Source of the DNA: Trichoplax adhaerens
Taxonomy: Eukaryota; Animalia; Placozoa
Assembly: GCF_000150275.1 (NCBI RefSeq)
Contig: NW_002060946.1
Span: 5,804,597-5,868,596, forward strand
DNA: 64,000 nt
Direction of reading: 5' to 3'
A model generated the notes under the pieces. That model was not told where the DNA came from. It did no database searches and was given only the letters and a program-made list of their open reading frames with translations. This document shows positions 43,492-64,000 of the stretch, piece after piece (positions within the stretch are counted from its first letter, which is position 1; each line of letters begins with the position of its first letter). A program made the translations under genes and the position numbers.

Positions 43492-44273
43492 GCACTTGCA
43501 CGCTAATCTGCAAAATGGCTGAAATGAGTTGACTGACTGGAGTGCAATGTAAAATGTGTCTTAAGACAGTGATAGTGCTGTAATGTAGAAGCATAGGAGC
43601 AAACAATTTAATAGCAATACAGTAGAAAAAGTCAATCACTGACTTGCTAATCTGCAAAATGGCTGAAATGTGCTCACCGACTAGAGTGCAATGTAAAATG
43701 TGTCTTAAGACAGTGATAGTGCTGTAATGTAGAAGCATAGGAGCAAACAATTTAATAGCAATACAGTAGAAAAAGTCAATCACAGACTTGCACTTGCACG
43801 CTAATCTGCAAAATGGCTGAAATGAGCTCACTGACTAGAGTGCAATGTAAAATGTGTATTTGGACAGGGACAGTGGTCTAATGTTTCTCAAGAAGCATAG
43901 GAACAAACAATTTAATGGCAATATCGTTACACCTGTCGAAGGTTTGGTTTGCACTTGCACCCTAATCTGCAAAATGGCTGAAATGAGCTCACTGACTAGA
44001 GTGCAATGTAAAATGTGTATTTGGACAGGGACAGTGGTCTAATGTTTCTCAAGAAGCATAGGAACAAACAACTTAATGGCAATATAGTAGAAAAAGTCAA
44101 TCACTGGCTTGCACTTGCACCCTAATCTGCAAAATGGCTGAAATGTGCTCACCGACTAGAGTGCAATGTGAAATGTTCATTACGACAGTGATAGTGCTGT
44201 AATGTACTGTAGAAGCATAGGAGCAAACAATTTATTAATAGCAATACAGTAGAAGAAGTCAATCAATCACTGA
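43492..44273. repeat. Tandem repeat, 5 copies of about 145-160 bp
   Basis: Unit gcacttgcac.ctaatctgcaaaatggctgaaatg.gctcac.gactagagtgcaatgtaaaatgtgt...gaagcataggagcaaacaatttaatagcaatacagtagaaaaagtcaatcac at about 43492, 43645, 43790, 43951 and 44111. Confidence 0.95.
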
Positions 44274-44394
44274 CGTCATCAGAGCAGAGTCCACAAGTCG
44301 TACCGGGCGCTGTTGTTATCGGTCTTATTTTTACTCGATGATCTCATCGTTCGGTTTGAAGCGACGAGGGTTACACAAGGATTAAGCCGTGGTG

Positions 44395-44765
44395 CACGTA
44401 CATACTGTACGTATCATTTTACACGTACCACCAAAGGCATACTGATCATACTTTCTCTTCGATTGCATTGTTTGATCAGGCATGAAACAATCATCCTTAG
44501 CTTATTGTACAGTGTACAGTATTGTTACCAGGTACAATAGAGTACATTGTACAGTACAGCACACAGCTCAACCATCACCAACGGATAGCGTTCAATGTTC
44601 ATACTACACGTTACACTCGCTTCGTATCCATGGAGTTGAATCACAATGTCAACAACGGTTCAACTGGGTTCACCCATCTAATACACACGGTGTACTGTAC
44701 ACTGTACAGTACTGTACAGGATCAATGCTAAGTAGAGTACTGTACTGTACAGTATAAACATACTG
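44395..44765. repeat. TACAG/CTGTA array upstream of the beta-trefoil gene
   Basis: tgtactgtacactgtacagtactgtacagg...gtactgtactgtacagtata, ending directly at a TATA box. Confidence 0.85.
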
Positions 44766-44899
44766 TATAAATAGCGGAACGTTTCGGACCGGCATCTGCT
44801 ATTGCGGAACACGTTTGACTCGTGCACGTCACACACCCCCTGTGTCAACCCCTACCTCAATCTCACGTTTGATTTGCCTTTGCCATCATCAGTTCAGGT
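44766..44899 (+). promoter_or_regulatory. TATA box and non-coding first exon of the beta-trefoil gene
   Basis: TATAAATA at 44766-44773, strong donor CAG|GTAAGC at 44898, and acceptor tttcatag at 46413 just before the ATG at 46425. Confidence 0.6.
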
Positions 44900-45524
44900 A
44901 AGCAAAATGATGATAGTCGATCCAATATTGTCATGTATTACTTGATAAGTCATGATTGGGTCCATTTCCAGCGTCAGTCATTCAGCATGACCATCACGAT
45001 GGCCCAATGTCCAACGACTGTACGTATAGTCGCTGCAAAGGGTAAAAAAATGGTTTAAAAAGGGCATTGGAGTATCGAAAAAGGCATCCATCAATCTTTG
45101 AATTAAAAGCAATAGGGCATCTGCTAGTCATGATGATGTGCTGATTGTAGACCTGAGAAAGGTTAACACGCAAAACTCGACTAAATGGAAGTTGATCTAA
45201 CATTCATGATCTAATCTTCATGCAGATTAATGCAATTCAGTTGGATTAATCCTTTACTGCCGCCCTTCCAACCTTTTTCCGCTCATGATTACCTCGATCG
45301 AACTTTAATGCAAGTTATCATTACCAGTCATAGCGCGTCATAGTCTTATCTTCCTTTAGTACAGTAGATAGACTATCCATGTCAAGCAGGCTTACTCAAT
45401 CAACAAGATGGGAATGGCCAACGTGGCCTCTTTCTGTCGCCTTGTCAGAAATCTTGACCTTGACATGAGCCAAAACCCATTGGACTTTGTGAATTCAAAT
45501 CGGCTTTGGTATCATGTCGTATAG

Positions 45525-46246
45525 TACTGTAAACAGTTTCAGCAATCGCACTGCATCATGCGGATTATCATTCGTGATTAGAACAATCTACAATTTCGTA
45601 GCGTGTAGGCTACATTAGCAGTAGAGATAATTACGTTAATTAAATTCACAATGTTGACGAGTCAAATACGATCGCTATGGAATATCAATGCTCCTCCATA
45701 CTGTGCTACTTACATCATTGCTAGCTAGCAGTCCAATTAAATGGACTATTTCATAAAATGGCGTCATATCATTGGTTGTCGAGCGATTCAAGCATCCTTG
45801 TCTTGATCGAATTACATTATGGCAAATAGAAATCAGTGCTATTCAACCTGTCGATAGCTAAACGCTTGCTGTACTAAATTCATATCATTACTGTAAACTC
45901 TGTGAGCAATCACACTGCACTGTGCAGAAGGTGTAATCTACAGTTTCGTCGTGCACAAACTACATCAGCCATCAGACAATTACGGTAATTCAATTCGCTA
46001 GGTTGGCGAATCAAGTACTATCACTATAGAATATTGATCCTCCTCCATACTGTGCTGCATAGACTATTGCTAGACAGGAGAGTAAATTGTCATTGATTCA
46101 TGAATTCATTATCAAGTGTTGCAGACATACTCGTATGCTTATCTTTGCAAACGCATTATGGAAAAAAGAATTTAGTGTCGAACCTGTAGAGGTTAAAGGA
46201 CCACTTGTATGTAGTTAAACGGTAGTGATTGTTTGCTGTACTGAAT
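45525..46246. repeat. Old diverged tandem duplication, period about 364 bp
   Basis: Collinear shared blocks tactgtaaac..agcaatc.cactgca, atctaca.tttcgt, caattacg.taatt.aattc, ctcctccatactgtgct, cattatgg.aaa.agaa and ttgctgtact.aat, starting at 45525 and 45889. Confidence 0.8.
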
Positions 46247-46424
46247 ATCGTCTGACGATCCCGCTACACAAAGTAGAATAACGGCCATCACAACATTTTT
46301 GGGTGCTGGTGTTCGCCATCGTTCTATACCAGACATTGTAAAATCCTTCTTGTCAATGGTGATGGAATACACAACTTCGTAACTTATCTAATATCTTATT
46401 TTCTATTTCATAGATCCTCCGACA

Positions 46425-48815
46425 ATGAACTTCCAATTTGATGTTAATGGTGTTTACGCCTTCAGAGGCCATAATGGCCAATACGTTACGCGATACTGTC
46501 GTAATAATTTACAAAACTTGGAAGCGTGTAAACCCCAAGTGGATCAGTTTTGCCGGTATGTTGTACGCTACATTTACTGCTAGATAGGATCATAAAATAG
46601 AATTGAATACATATTTACCTACAATCGGTAGGAAATAAATAGAAAAACATTGCATTTAGGTCTTAAGTAAAAATGATCTTTTTGTTTGTCTCATTGTACT
46701 TACACCAGTTATATCATTAGTGTCTTGTATTCAGTATAAGAAATACAGTACTGGTGAATTTAATTGATATTGCTTACCGCTACTATCCATTTAGAATTCA
46801 TTGTGTGTACGCCTTATAACGGTCAATCATCACCGATGCATAAAACTAGCGGTAGCTTACGTCAACATATAAATAGCTCGTTAAATTAAAGTCTTTAGCT
46901 GTATTATCCTAATTGTGTCCTGTATAGTGCTTATTACCGAGCGTTAATAAGCTTTCATAAATCAGTGATTGCTTAACATTTAAACACACCGTAAATACAT
47001 ACTTAATAAACTTCATAAAACAGTGATTATTGCTTAACATTTAAATACGCCGTAAATACATGATTAATAAGCTTAATAAATCAGTGATTATTGCTTAACA
47101 AATACACCGTAAATACATTACTAATAAACATAAAATAAATTAGTGATTATTACTTAACAAATACACCGTAAACACACTAAGATGTATAAATTCAATTCAA
47201 TTGCAGTAAAGCATACCTGTATTACTACTAGGTTTCAATACGATATTTTTACCTTAAAATTAAAATTAGAATAATGCGAATTTGTGATCATAGATTCGTA
47301 GTGTTTGAATAATCAATTATGTATGTATACGCCTTTGCTTTCATAGTATTCATTCCTATAAAAATGCTAATTTTATTTGTGATAGTAGATATTTTTGTAC
47401 GATAATCATATCATTCGAATCCAAATTTGGCTTTTCATACGATGACAGCGAATTTAACCTTCAATAAGAAAAGATTTTTAAACGGCCAAAACACCTACAT
47501 TACCCAACAGGTCATCTTATACCATTGACAGCTAATCTTGTTATTGTTAGGTTCAAACCATCCGCTAGAGTTTTGCCAGGAGGTCAAGTTGTGTACGGTT
47601 TCATGGCTGACAATAACCGTCACTGGTGTGCCGTTAACCGCAATGGCGTCGTTAAGGTGGAATGCGACCAAGGAGAAATTACCCCTTACTGCTTCTTTGG
47701 TATCCAAGTTGGACAGGTTAGCTTACAATCAATACACACAACATTCTGATTGCAGAAGATGCAGAATGTTAAACAGTTCTATTATGGAATACTTTGTAAT
47801 GAGATTAAGAATAAGTTTATTTTCCTATTTTTCTGTGATGGCTTGATTTGGGAAATAAATAGAACTTTGGTAGCTATGTACAGGTGGCTTTAACTAGTGG
47901 TGGAAGATACGTCAGCTTATTCACGCGCAACGAATATCAGTATGCATTGGAAGTCGCCAAAGATGTCCCAGATGAATGGTGTTGGTTGCAAGTATTTCGC
48001 GTTGGTAAGGAGATACTAAAATCTGATAATACCGTCACTTTTTCTATCCTCATACTAGGAATAATGTATTAACGATGACTGAAAGCCATACATCATAATT
48101 TTATTTAATATCATAACTCAATCCGACACGAAAGTTGCACATTTTACCTAAATATATCTTACATGTGTATGTACTATATACTGTATAGATCGCGCCATCA
48201 GTATGCCACCTCAGTTGCATCAGCAATATGACTTTACCTTTGATCCAAATCGCACATACACATTGAAAGGCAATAACGGCCAATTTTTGACAAGATTTCA
48301 CAGAAACGGTATGGACAACGTAGAAGCCTGTAAATCGAATCCAGATCAATTCTGCTGCTTCCGCTTCAGCACATTTCATACATCAGATGGACGCAAAAAA
48401 GTAGCAATGCTAGCAGACAATCAGAAATACCTAACCGTATATAATAGAAATGGCGTCCGCAAAATCGAATGCTGCAAGGGTGAATTGGATCATTTCTGCT
48501 TATTTGATGTCCAGGTTTGCCAATACTTTGTTGCTAAAATTTTCTTTACATTGGTACACTTTTTACTTGAACAAATTAGTTATTTGGCATATTATGCTTA
48601 ATTCAGTCGTGCAAGAGAAAGCGTAATATTTAAAACGAGAAATTTTTAATTAAAATTGCTAGGCCCAATCGACGTGGGGAAATACTGCACGGATAGCTTT
48701 CGTTCACGACGGTCAGTACTTGACATTGTACACTCGTGAAGGTGTTCAATACCAATGGGAATCTTGCAAGCCTATGGCTGATGAATGGTGCTGGTATACT
48801 TTGCAATGGAATTAA
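46425..48815 (+). CDS. Tandem double beta-trefoil (fascin-like / lectin-like) protein, 305 aa
   Basis: Exons 46425-46555, 47551-47716, 47863-48004, 48189-48514 and 48663-48815 join in frame (918 nt). Six repeats of about 45-50 aa, e.g. YAFRGHNGQYVTRYCRNNLQNLEACKPQVDQFCRF, YTLKGNNGQFLTRFHRNGMDNVEACKSNPDQFCCF and VAMLADNQKYLTVYNRNGVRKIECCKGELDHFCLF. No signal peptide. Confidence 0.88.
46945..47176. repeat. Intronic minisatellite, 4 copies of about 57 bp
   Basis: Repeated unit taataa.cttcataaatcagtgattattgcttaaca(ttt)aaatacaccgtaaatacat. Confidence 0.92.
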
Positions 48816-50330
48816 CTATTGCATAATGCTTAGCAACTGCTTATTTGTAGCTTCTATAGGTATAACTGTACATCTTTCATTTTTAACCAATATAAAAGGT
48901 TGTAATCCAGTAACTATATCGACTTTGATTTCGGGAATAGTGTTAGCCTTAGAAAGACCTTACTCAAATTAGACTTGAAGTCAATTATAGAATTGAATTT
49001 TCTAAATAAATCATTAGATCTTTCGAAAAATTCAGAAGTCAATACTTAGAAGTCACTGTCTGTATATTGATAGTGATTATGTCGAAAATATCGGCGTTAG
49101 CATAGTAAAGTTTACTATCCGGCCGAATTTTCCCTCTATCTAAATTAAACTAACTTCTAGCAAGTGCTATACTAAATCGATATGGTAGTTATGCCTTAAA
49201 GCAGTGTAGCATTTTTCGTGATGTCTTACACAAAATTCTACGTAGAAATAAACTATCAACAATCCTCGTTGCAACTACTATTGTCGTATTATGTTTATCT
49301 GATGTCTATTCTAACAACGATTCCTATTGATGGTTATTATTGTAATACCAGTTAATCTGTCTTTACGTGGCTTATCTAGCAATAATTAAGTGGCCGACTA
49401 TCAGTAATGGTACGCTGCACCGACAGAGACGTTTTAATTTCGTTGATGCAATCAAATTATGGCTGACAAGCTCTTCTAATACTTTTATTTATTGCATGCA
49501 TGATTAAAATCGGCAGCTGTTTCTAATTCCCGTACAATCAGAGCAACGAGTTACAAAAAGTAACTCAGATAAAGCATTTATGGGCTATTTCCATTCTAAT
49601 TAGGTATCAAATTCGACAATACGTCGAATCAGAATAATTTATCTCTTTAGCTTGAAATGTCGTGATAAGTAAACATACACATGTATAAAATCAGTGAATT
49701 TATTGTTTATTTCCACGAATTTTCAAGGCATGATATTAGCTAAAATTGTCGTCGAGATGTGTTTCAATAGCTGTAAGTCATCTTTCTTATGCTTGCTATT
49801 TAGAAAATTAGAAATACAGCATACATAATTTATTTTTACAAGTTACAGATCGCCAGCTATGATTGGATTCATAGTCAAACTGAGTTACCTATATTAATAG
49901 TAACAGGAAGTAGAATAATGCAAATTTTAAATAATATTATTTTTATGACATATTACTACGAAATTATTTGCTAGTTTAGTCTACTATAGTAATATTCTCA
50001 GGATTAGAGTGCGAAAAAATTTTACAAGTTATTGGTTTGTCACTGACATTATGATAAAACTATAATTTGATACATGGCCTATAAAATTTTTCAGTAGCAA
50101 CAAATTTACACTATAGTTCCGTAGGAATAACATTAGCTTATTCACCGTGGAAAAAATTAGTACCATCGATTGGATTAGCTAACAAAGATTATTCATTCAT
50201 ACAAGAGATCTTTGAATATGAGTCTGTCGTTTATGGATCCTGAGTTGATGAATGATTTCTTGTCATACGTACAATCAATAAATTTAAGCACATTATTGAT
50301 GAGATAGTAACCACAAGTTAGGGGATAGTT

Positions 50331-58959
<8,629 letters not shown>

Positions 58960-59720
58960 CCTTTACCAGATCATAATTGACTCTAGTAATAATATCCAAT
59001 AATCATGCATTAAAATCTGCCCTAACTTATATAATACTTACTATATATTTATCCTACATGTTTGCAATTCATTACCGTTAACAGCTGGCTACAGGTTTTG
59101 CAACTGCACTTAATAAGCAATGCGATCGTACATATTGAAATTTAGCAAATAAATTGTATTGCTACCTCTTTGACTGAAGCAATTTAATATTCATAAATCA
59201 CACTTGCTACTAAAATAACGCAATTATAAACAGCTATGCAAAGGAAATATTTTAAAATTTACTATTAGCAAATCACACTTCGTCCTTAAATGACGCAATT
59301 AGAATAAAATCAACGGACAAAGTATAGCAAATGCTTGAGCGATAATATTTGATTGAAGGTCAGATTATGATCTTAAGTTGCATATTTATCTATAGATGTG
59401 GCATAGAAGATGAGATAGAGTCGTACATAGTATCATGGAGATAGGTTATAATTTTGCTGGTCAGCTTGATCAATAAATTATTTTCGGTCTAGCCATAATA
59501 TTGGAACAGCGCGCCAATTTTGGTTGCAATGGTTACGTCTATATTGGGATTGCATTAGTACTGTAGGGTTGTATCGTATACAGTATATTAAATCCGTAGA
59601 CGTTGTATAGACGAAAGGATTTCTTCAATGTATTTGTAGATAATGGACCAAAGTTCTATACTAATCCTCTAGTTAGTGCTCCAAACATGCATATTTTAAC
59701 CAACTGTACTTGATTTGGTA

Positions 59721-60328
59721 GTGTGCAAAATAGATTGTCATGCCTAGGCGTCTCTTGTAGTATTACAGACATAATATTAACAGGAGGAAAGGGGTGACAG
59801 TTCCTTCTACACAAGCCTATTGTACCATGTAATACTTAGTAATGCATTACTTTCAGTGACATTTTATCGCAGAGTAGGGACAATATCAGCTTCGATCTTT
59901 TTGAACCAACTGTGTGCAAAATAAGCGTCGCACTTAAATCTTCTTTTCTTTTAGTTGTCGACAGAAAATCACCACAATATAGATCTACATGAGCGGAAGG
60001 GGTGACAGTTCATTTTACGCAATATTGCTTAACTTGTTCCATACCGAGTGCAGTCCTACACTGTTGTAGTCCTTTTCCTCTCCGTTGCACTTCAATATGT
60101 CGTAAGTATGCTTAGGATATGTATGCTTTCAACACATGTAGGAGGAAGATTGAAACTACAGTAAGTATCGATATTTCTGCACTTGAAATATACCTCCTTT
60201 CTAGCGTCCATTTTGTAGTGTGCAAAATAAATTTCGCACTCAGATCTTATGTCCTATAACAGTAGATAATGATATACTGCCCATCTATCTACTGTATGAG
60301 GAACAGCAGCGACAGCTTATTTTACACA
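59721..60328. repeat. Three diverged hairpin-forming repeats of about 95-110 bp
   Basis: Copies at 59721-59813, 59912-60021 and 60218-60328 begin GTGTGCAAAATA and end G(T/C)GACAG...(T/C)TAC(A/G)CA, giving imperfect terminal inverted repeats. Confidence 0.75.
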
Positions 60329-60712
60329 AATGCAAGTAAATTGCCCCATATGGAGTGATATAGCCCACTCGAAGTGAATTCTACTGTACTATGGCTTCAT
60401 CGGACTATTCTAGGTCTGGTTCTACGCTACTAGCTCATACAAAGTCTATATAGTGGATTAGTAATGGCGATCGCGTAGGCGTCTAATGATGAATGAAAAA
60501 GCTTCAGACGGACGGGAATGCTGACAGCTGCCAAAGAGCTCAGCTCAAGACTTTGTTGCATTAGAAGGGCTGAAGTTGTTGCAAAGTTTGAGCTGTCGCT
60601 ACTCCAGGATGGAATAAGGAGGTTTGCAAAAGTATCTTTATAAAGGTGTCCTCGATGATGCTTTTAAATTTACACTATTGATGACCTCAGCTAGTATTTG
60701 GAATCAAATAGG

Positions 60713-63700
60713 ATGATGATAACCTCAGCATTTTTATTTCGTCATTTGCGAGTACAAAAAATCCACATTGGGAGTCGATCCATCCGTTATTATTGCAATC
60801 TCGTAATCGATCGCACTGAAGATTACAAGCATGGAAGAGAAAGTATTATCAAGTCGATAAGACCGTACCAGCAAGACTGTATTCAAACGTGCTTGGAGCT
60901 ATTTGCAAATGGTTCGAGATCACAAGTTGTTTCCTTACCTGTCGGTAGTGGAAAAACGGTATGCATATTGGATACCTACTGTATATACAGTACACTGTAT
61001 AGTGGACAGTATCTGTGCCATACGTATCCTTAACTCTAGCAATGAAAATCAACAATTGAACATGATATCCTCTATAATAATAAGTAAAATGAAATAGCAG
61101 TCTTCTTAATTGAAGTTAAGGTTATATTAAATAGGAGCTGTTACGATCTATTCACTAAGCCAATTTTTTTAATTTTTGTGAAGCTAATGTTATAAGCAGT
61201 TCTCGTCTTGGACTACTGTATACGATGATCATGATCATTTTTTGGTAAACATTTACAGGTCATTTTTTCTCATTTAATCGGTCAAGTACCGTCTCCAAAT
61301 GCAACAACTAATAAAGTATTAGTTCTAGCGCACCGAGAAGAGCTCATTGATCAAGCCTATCGCCATTTATGCTCTTCTCTACCTCAAAAGGTTAGTAGAG
61401 TATGATTGCTTTGGTATCTCTCTGCAGTCCAGTGCTTCCAAATACGATCATGATAATGGCTTATTCACGGTGAATACTAGAGCGTAGATATTGAACAAGG
61501 TAAAAGACAGGCATCGCCAGACGCTGATGTGGTAGTGGCTAGTGTTCCTACCCTTGGACGCAAATATAGCTCCAGGATCGAACGATTTGACCCAAATCAG
61601 TTTAAATTAATTGTTATTGACGAGGTGTGCTATATCCTTTAGCCAGAGTTGTCTCTGGAACAGCAATAATGTTACTTTATTACCTATAGTTACGATACAA
61701 GATATATATTCTTTTTGATATATAGGCTCACCATTCTAGCGCGACATCGTATTTGCGAGTGCTGGGTCACTTTAATGCTTTACTCAATGATGAAACGCTC
61801 CCAATCAAGAACAAAGATGGAACGAGATCAGATATCTTGGTTTGGGGATGTACTGGTACACTTCAAAGAAGTGATGGTGTCGGTTTTGGCAATGTCTATG
61901 AACAAGTTTCTTATTCTAGGACTTTGTTTCAAATGTGGGAAGAAAAATGGTGAGGAGTTTTTTCTATATGATGCTACTTTATCCTTTAATTTTGCAATAA
62001 TATCTATAAATTTATTGATTAATTAATATCCATGGTTCTTCACTCCACGGGATTAAAAAAACTCGGAACATAATAATCATTACAGCAGTTGTACAGCCAA
62101 TCCGAATATTTTTAGAATTTTTTCTGCTAAACTATTTTTTAGGCTCGCTCCTATTAACGCTTACTCAATCCACACTGATGCAGATCTATCCAAAGTCGCT
62201 AAAAATCAGTTTGATTTTGTCGTATCTCAACTTGTTAAGCAAATAAATACCCCCGAACGGAATAATACCATTGTTAAAGCATGGTTGAATCATAAAGGTG
62301 CCTAAATTTTTTTGTCTTGGCTGAGATTAGCCGAGATTTAAACGTATGTAGAGTTTACAATTGAACTTTAAACACTTACTGTTTGCCTTATGGTATCTCT
62401 TGTACATTAGATAACTTCAAATCGACATTGGTATTTTCTGCTAATCGGCAGCATGCAAAAGATCTTACTGAGGTAGAAGGAATGATTTTAACTTGCTTCA
62501 CTAATGAAATTTTATACGAGTTTAATGGATCATAGTGGATGTTAATGCTTAGTGCTTATCTTCGCTGCTATTTATATAACATACGTACGACTCTTATATG
62601 TAGGCGTTTCGGTTATCGGGAAAAGAGGCTCATCTAGTGGACGGCCAGACACCTTCAGATGATAGAGCTGAATTAGTAAGCAATTTTAAGGAACAAAAAT
62701 TTCCAGTCATGATAAACTGTGGTAAGAATCGTATCAGCTAAGAAAAGATAATTTAGAATCCGTAATGTATTTTTGATATTATTGCTATATTTATATTAAT
62801 AAAGACATTCATTGTATATTTGATATTTCAGGAGTGTTTACAGAAGGAACTGATATACCTTGCATTGATTGCATAATTCTAGCACGTCCTACGCGAAGTT
62901 CAACACTCTTTCAGCAGGTAGAATGATTTATGTGATGCAGATTTGTTGCTAAGAACCCGTTGAATACCTATTGAAACACTATCGTTGTTACAGATGGTTG
63001 GCCGTGGCCTTCGAACATTTCCTGACAAGGAATACTGCACAGTCTTTGACTGTTTTGATAACTTTTCGGGTTGCGATATAGTAACACTACCTTCTCTAGT
63101 AGGATTGCCGCCAAATTTTAACTGCGAAGGTTTGTCTATAATATCACTGAGGTACATGATTTTGCAACGTAATCATGTCGATCAGGTACCTCAATGTTGG
63201 GATCCCTTAAAGCTTGGTTATTTATTTTTGGAAATTTTTAATGAGCTCTGAGTTTTTCTGATAGGGCAAGATCTCGTAAAAGTTCACCATGAAATGCAGA
63301 GTCTGAGTGAAAATAATACTGATTGCTACCATGCCTCATCCTTAAGTGAAGCTCGCGAAATGTCCAAAGAAAGCGTAATGGGTGAGTGCGTTTAATCGGA
63401 AACATATGCATCCGTAAGTTGTATTGTGTGATGAAAGGTTCTCAGTATCTAATTCAATAATAACTTCAATTAGGTCATTCGATTGACTATCCGACTAACA
63501 GTGAAATTGACCCAGCCATGTGGAATCACACCAATTCTTCTGAACCTAAAATATCACCGATATTATTTGATAATAAAGAGATTAATAAAGTTCATTATAC
63601 GATGTGGCGGAAATTCTACATGCAAATTAGAAAAGATTCTGTTTGGGGTCTATCCCTCAACAAAAACAGCATTTATGTTCTAAAGAATGGGGCAGGTGAC

Positions 63701-63899
63701 ACTAATTCTTTAAAATAGTACTTCTAGTATACAACGATGTAATCTTAAAAAAATTAATTGCGAAATGTATTGCTTAGGAAACTTTGATGTTTTTGTACAT
63801 ATCGTGGACCGGAGCTCGTGTAAATTTTCCGTATTAGCAAATCATGAATCTAGTAGATCTGTGGAAAACTATTATCATGTCATGACAAGTGCCTCTGCG
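60713..63899 (+). CDS. IRC3: Irc3-like mitochondrial SF2 (DExH) helicase, 3' partial
   Basis: 12 exons in the window: [17 protein letters not shown]|[52 protein letters not shown]|AHH, TLVFS, VMINC|[29 protein letters not shown]|[19 protein letters not shown]. The N-terminus is basic and lacks acidic residues. No stop codon before the window ends. Confidence 0.88.
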
Positions 63900-64000
63900 G
63901 TAATACTGTACAACATATATGATTCTGCGGAAGCATTTTAAACAATATTGTGAATTACTGAAATTTGGATTCCACATTCTTAGTCCACCGCATTAAAGTG

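Noticed and set aside
43460-44273. CRISPR-like array, or a coding ORF at 43460-43831
   Set aside because: The units are contiguous with no unique spacers, the context is eukaryotic, and there are no cas genes. The ORF just translates the repeat.
61024-61640. U12-like GTATCCTT (61024) and ATATCCTTT (61633) in the IRC3-like gene
   Set aside because: Both lie inside introns whose boundaries are fixed by the GKT|VIF and DE|AH motifs at other GT donors.

Overview
AT-rich, compact, intron-rich animal genomic DNA. It resembles an early-branching metazoan, most likely a placozoan such as Trichoplax; this is an inference. I reconstructed eleven protein-coding genes by hand from exons and splice sites, and they strictly alternate strand: atonal-superfamily bHLH(+), SKP1(-), PGGT1B(+), COPS3(-), OGDH(+), UPF0728/C10orf53(-), RACK1(+), WAPL(-), a double beta-trefoil fascin/lectin-like protein(+), CCDC171(-), and an Irc3-like mitochondrial SF2 helicase(+, runs off the window). 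Main findings: (1) an intron-rich, apparently mitochondrion-targeted homologue of the mainly fungal branched-DNA helicase Irc3 in an animal; (2) self-complementary TACAG/CTGTA arrays marking four of the five head-to-head promoter regions and none of the tail-to-tail regions; (3) a family of diverged hairpins in the fifth divergent region; (4) a bHLH gene with two possible C-termini via a 121-nt intron; (5) a candidate U12-type intron and an NADLD (not DADLD) calcium site in OGDH; (6) an OGDH-C10orf53 tail-to-tail arrangement like that of human OGDHL. I found no CRISPR, tRNA, rRNA or coding transposon. Multi-exon CDS coordinates run from start codon to stop codon and include introns.
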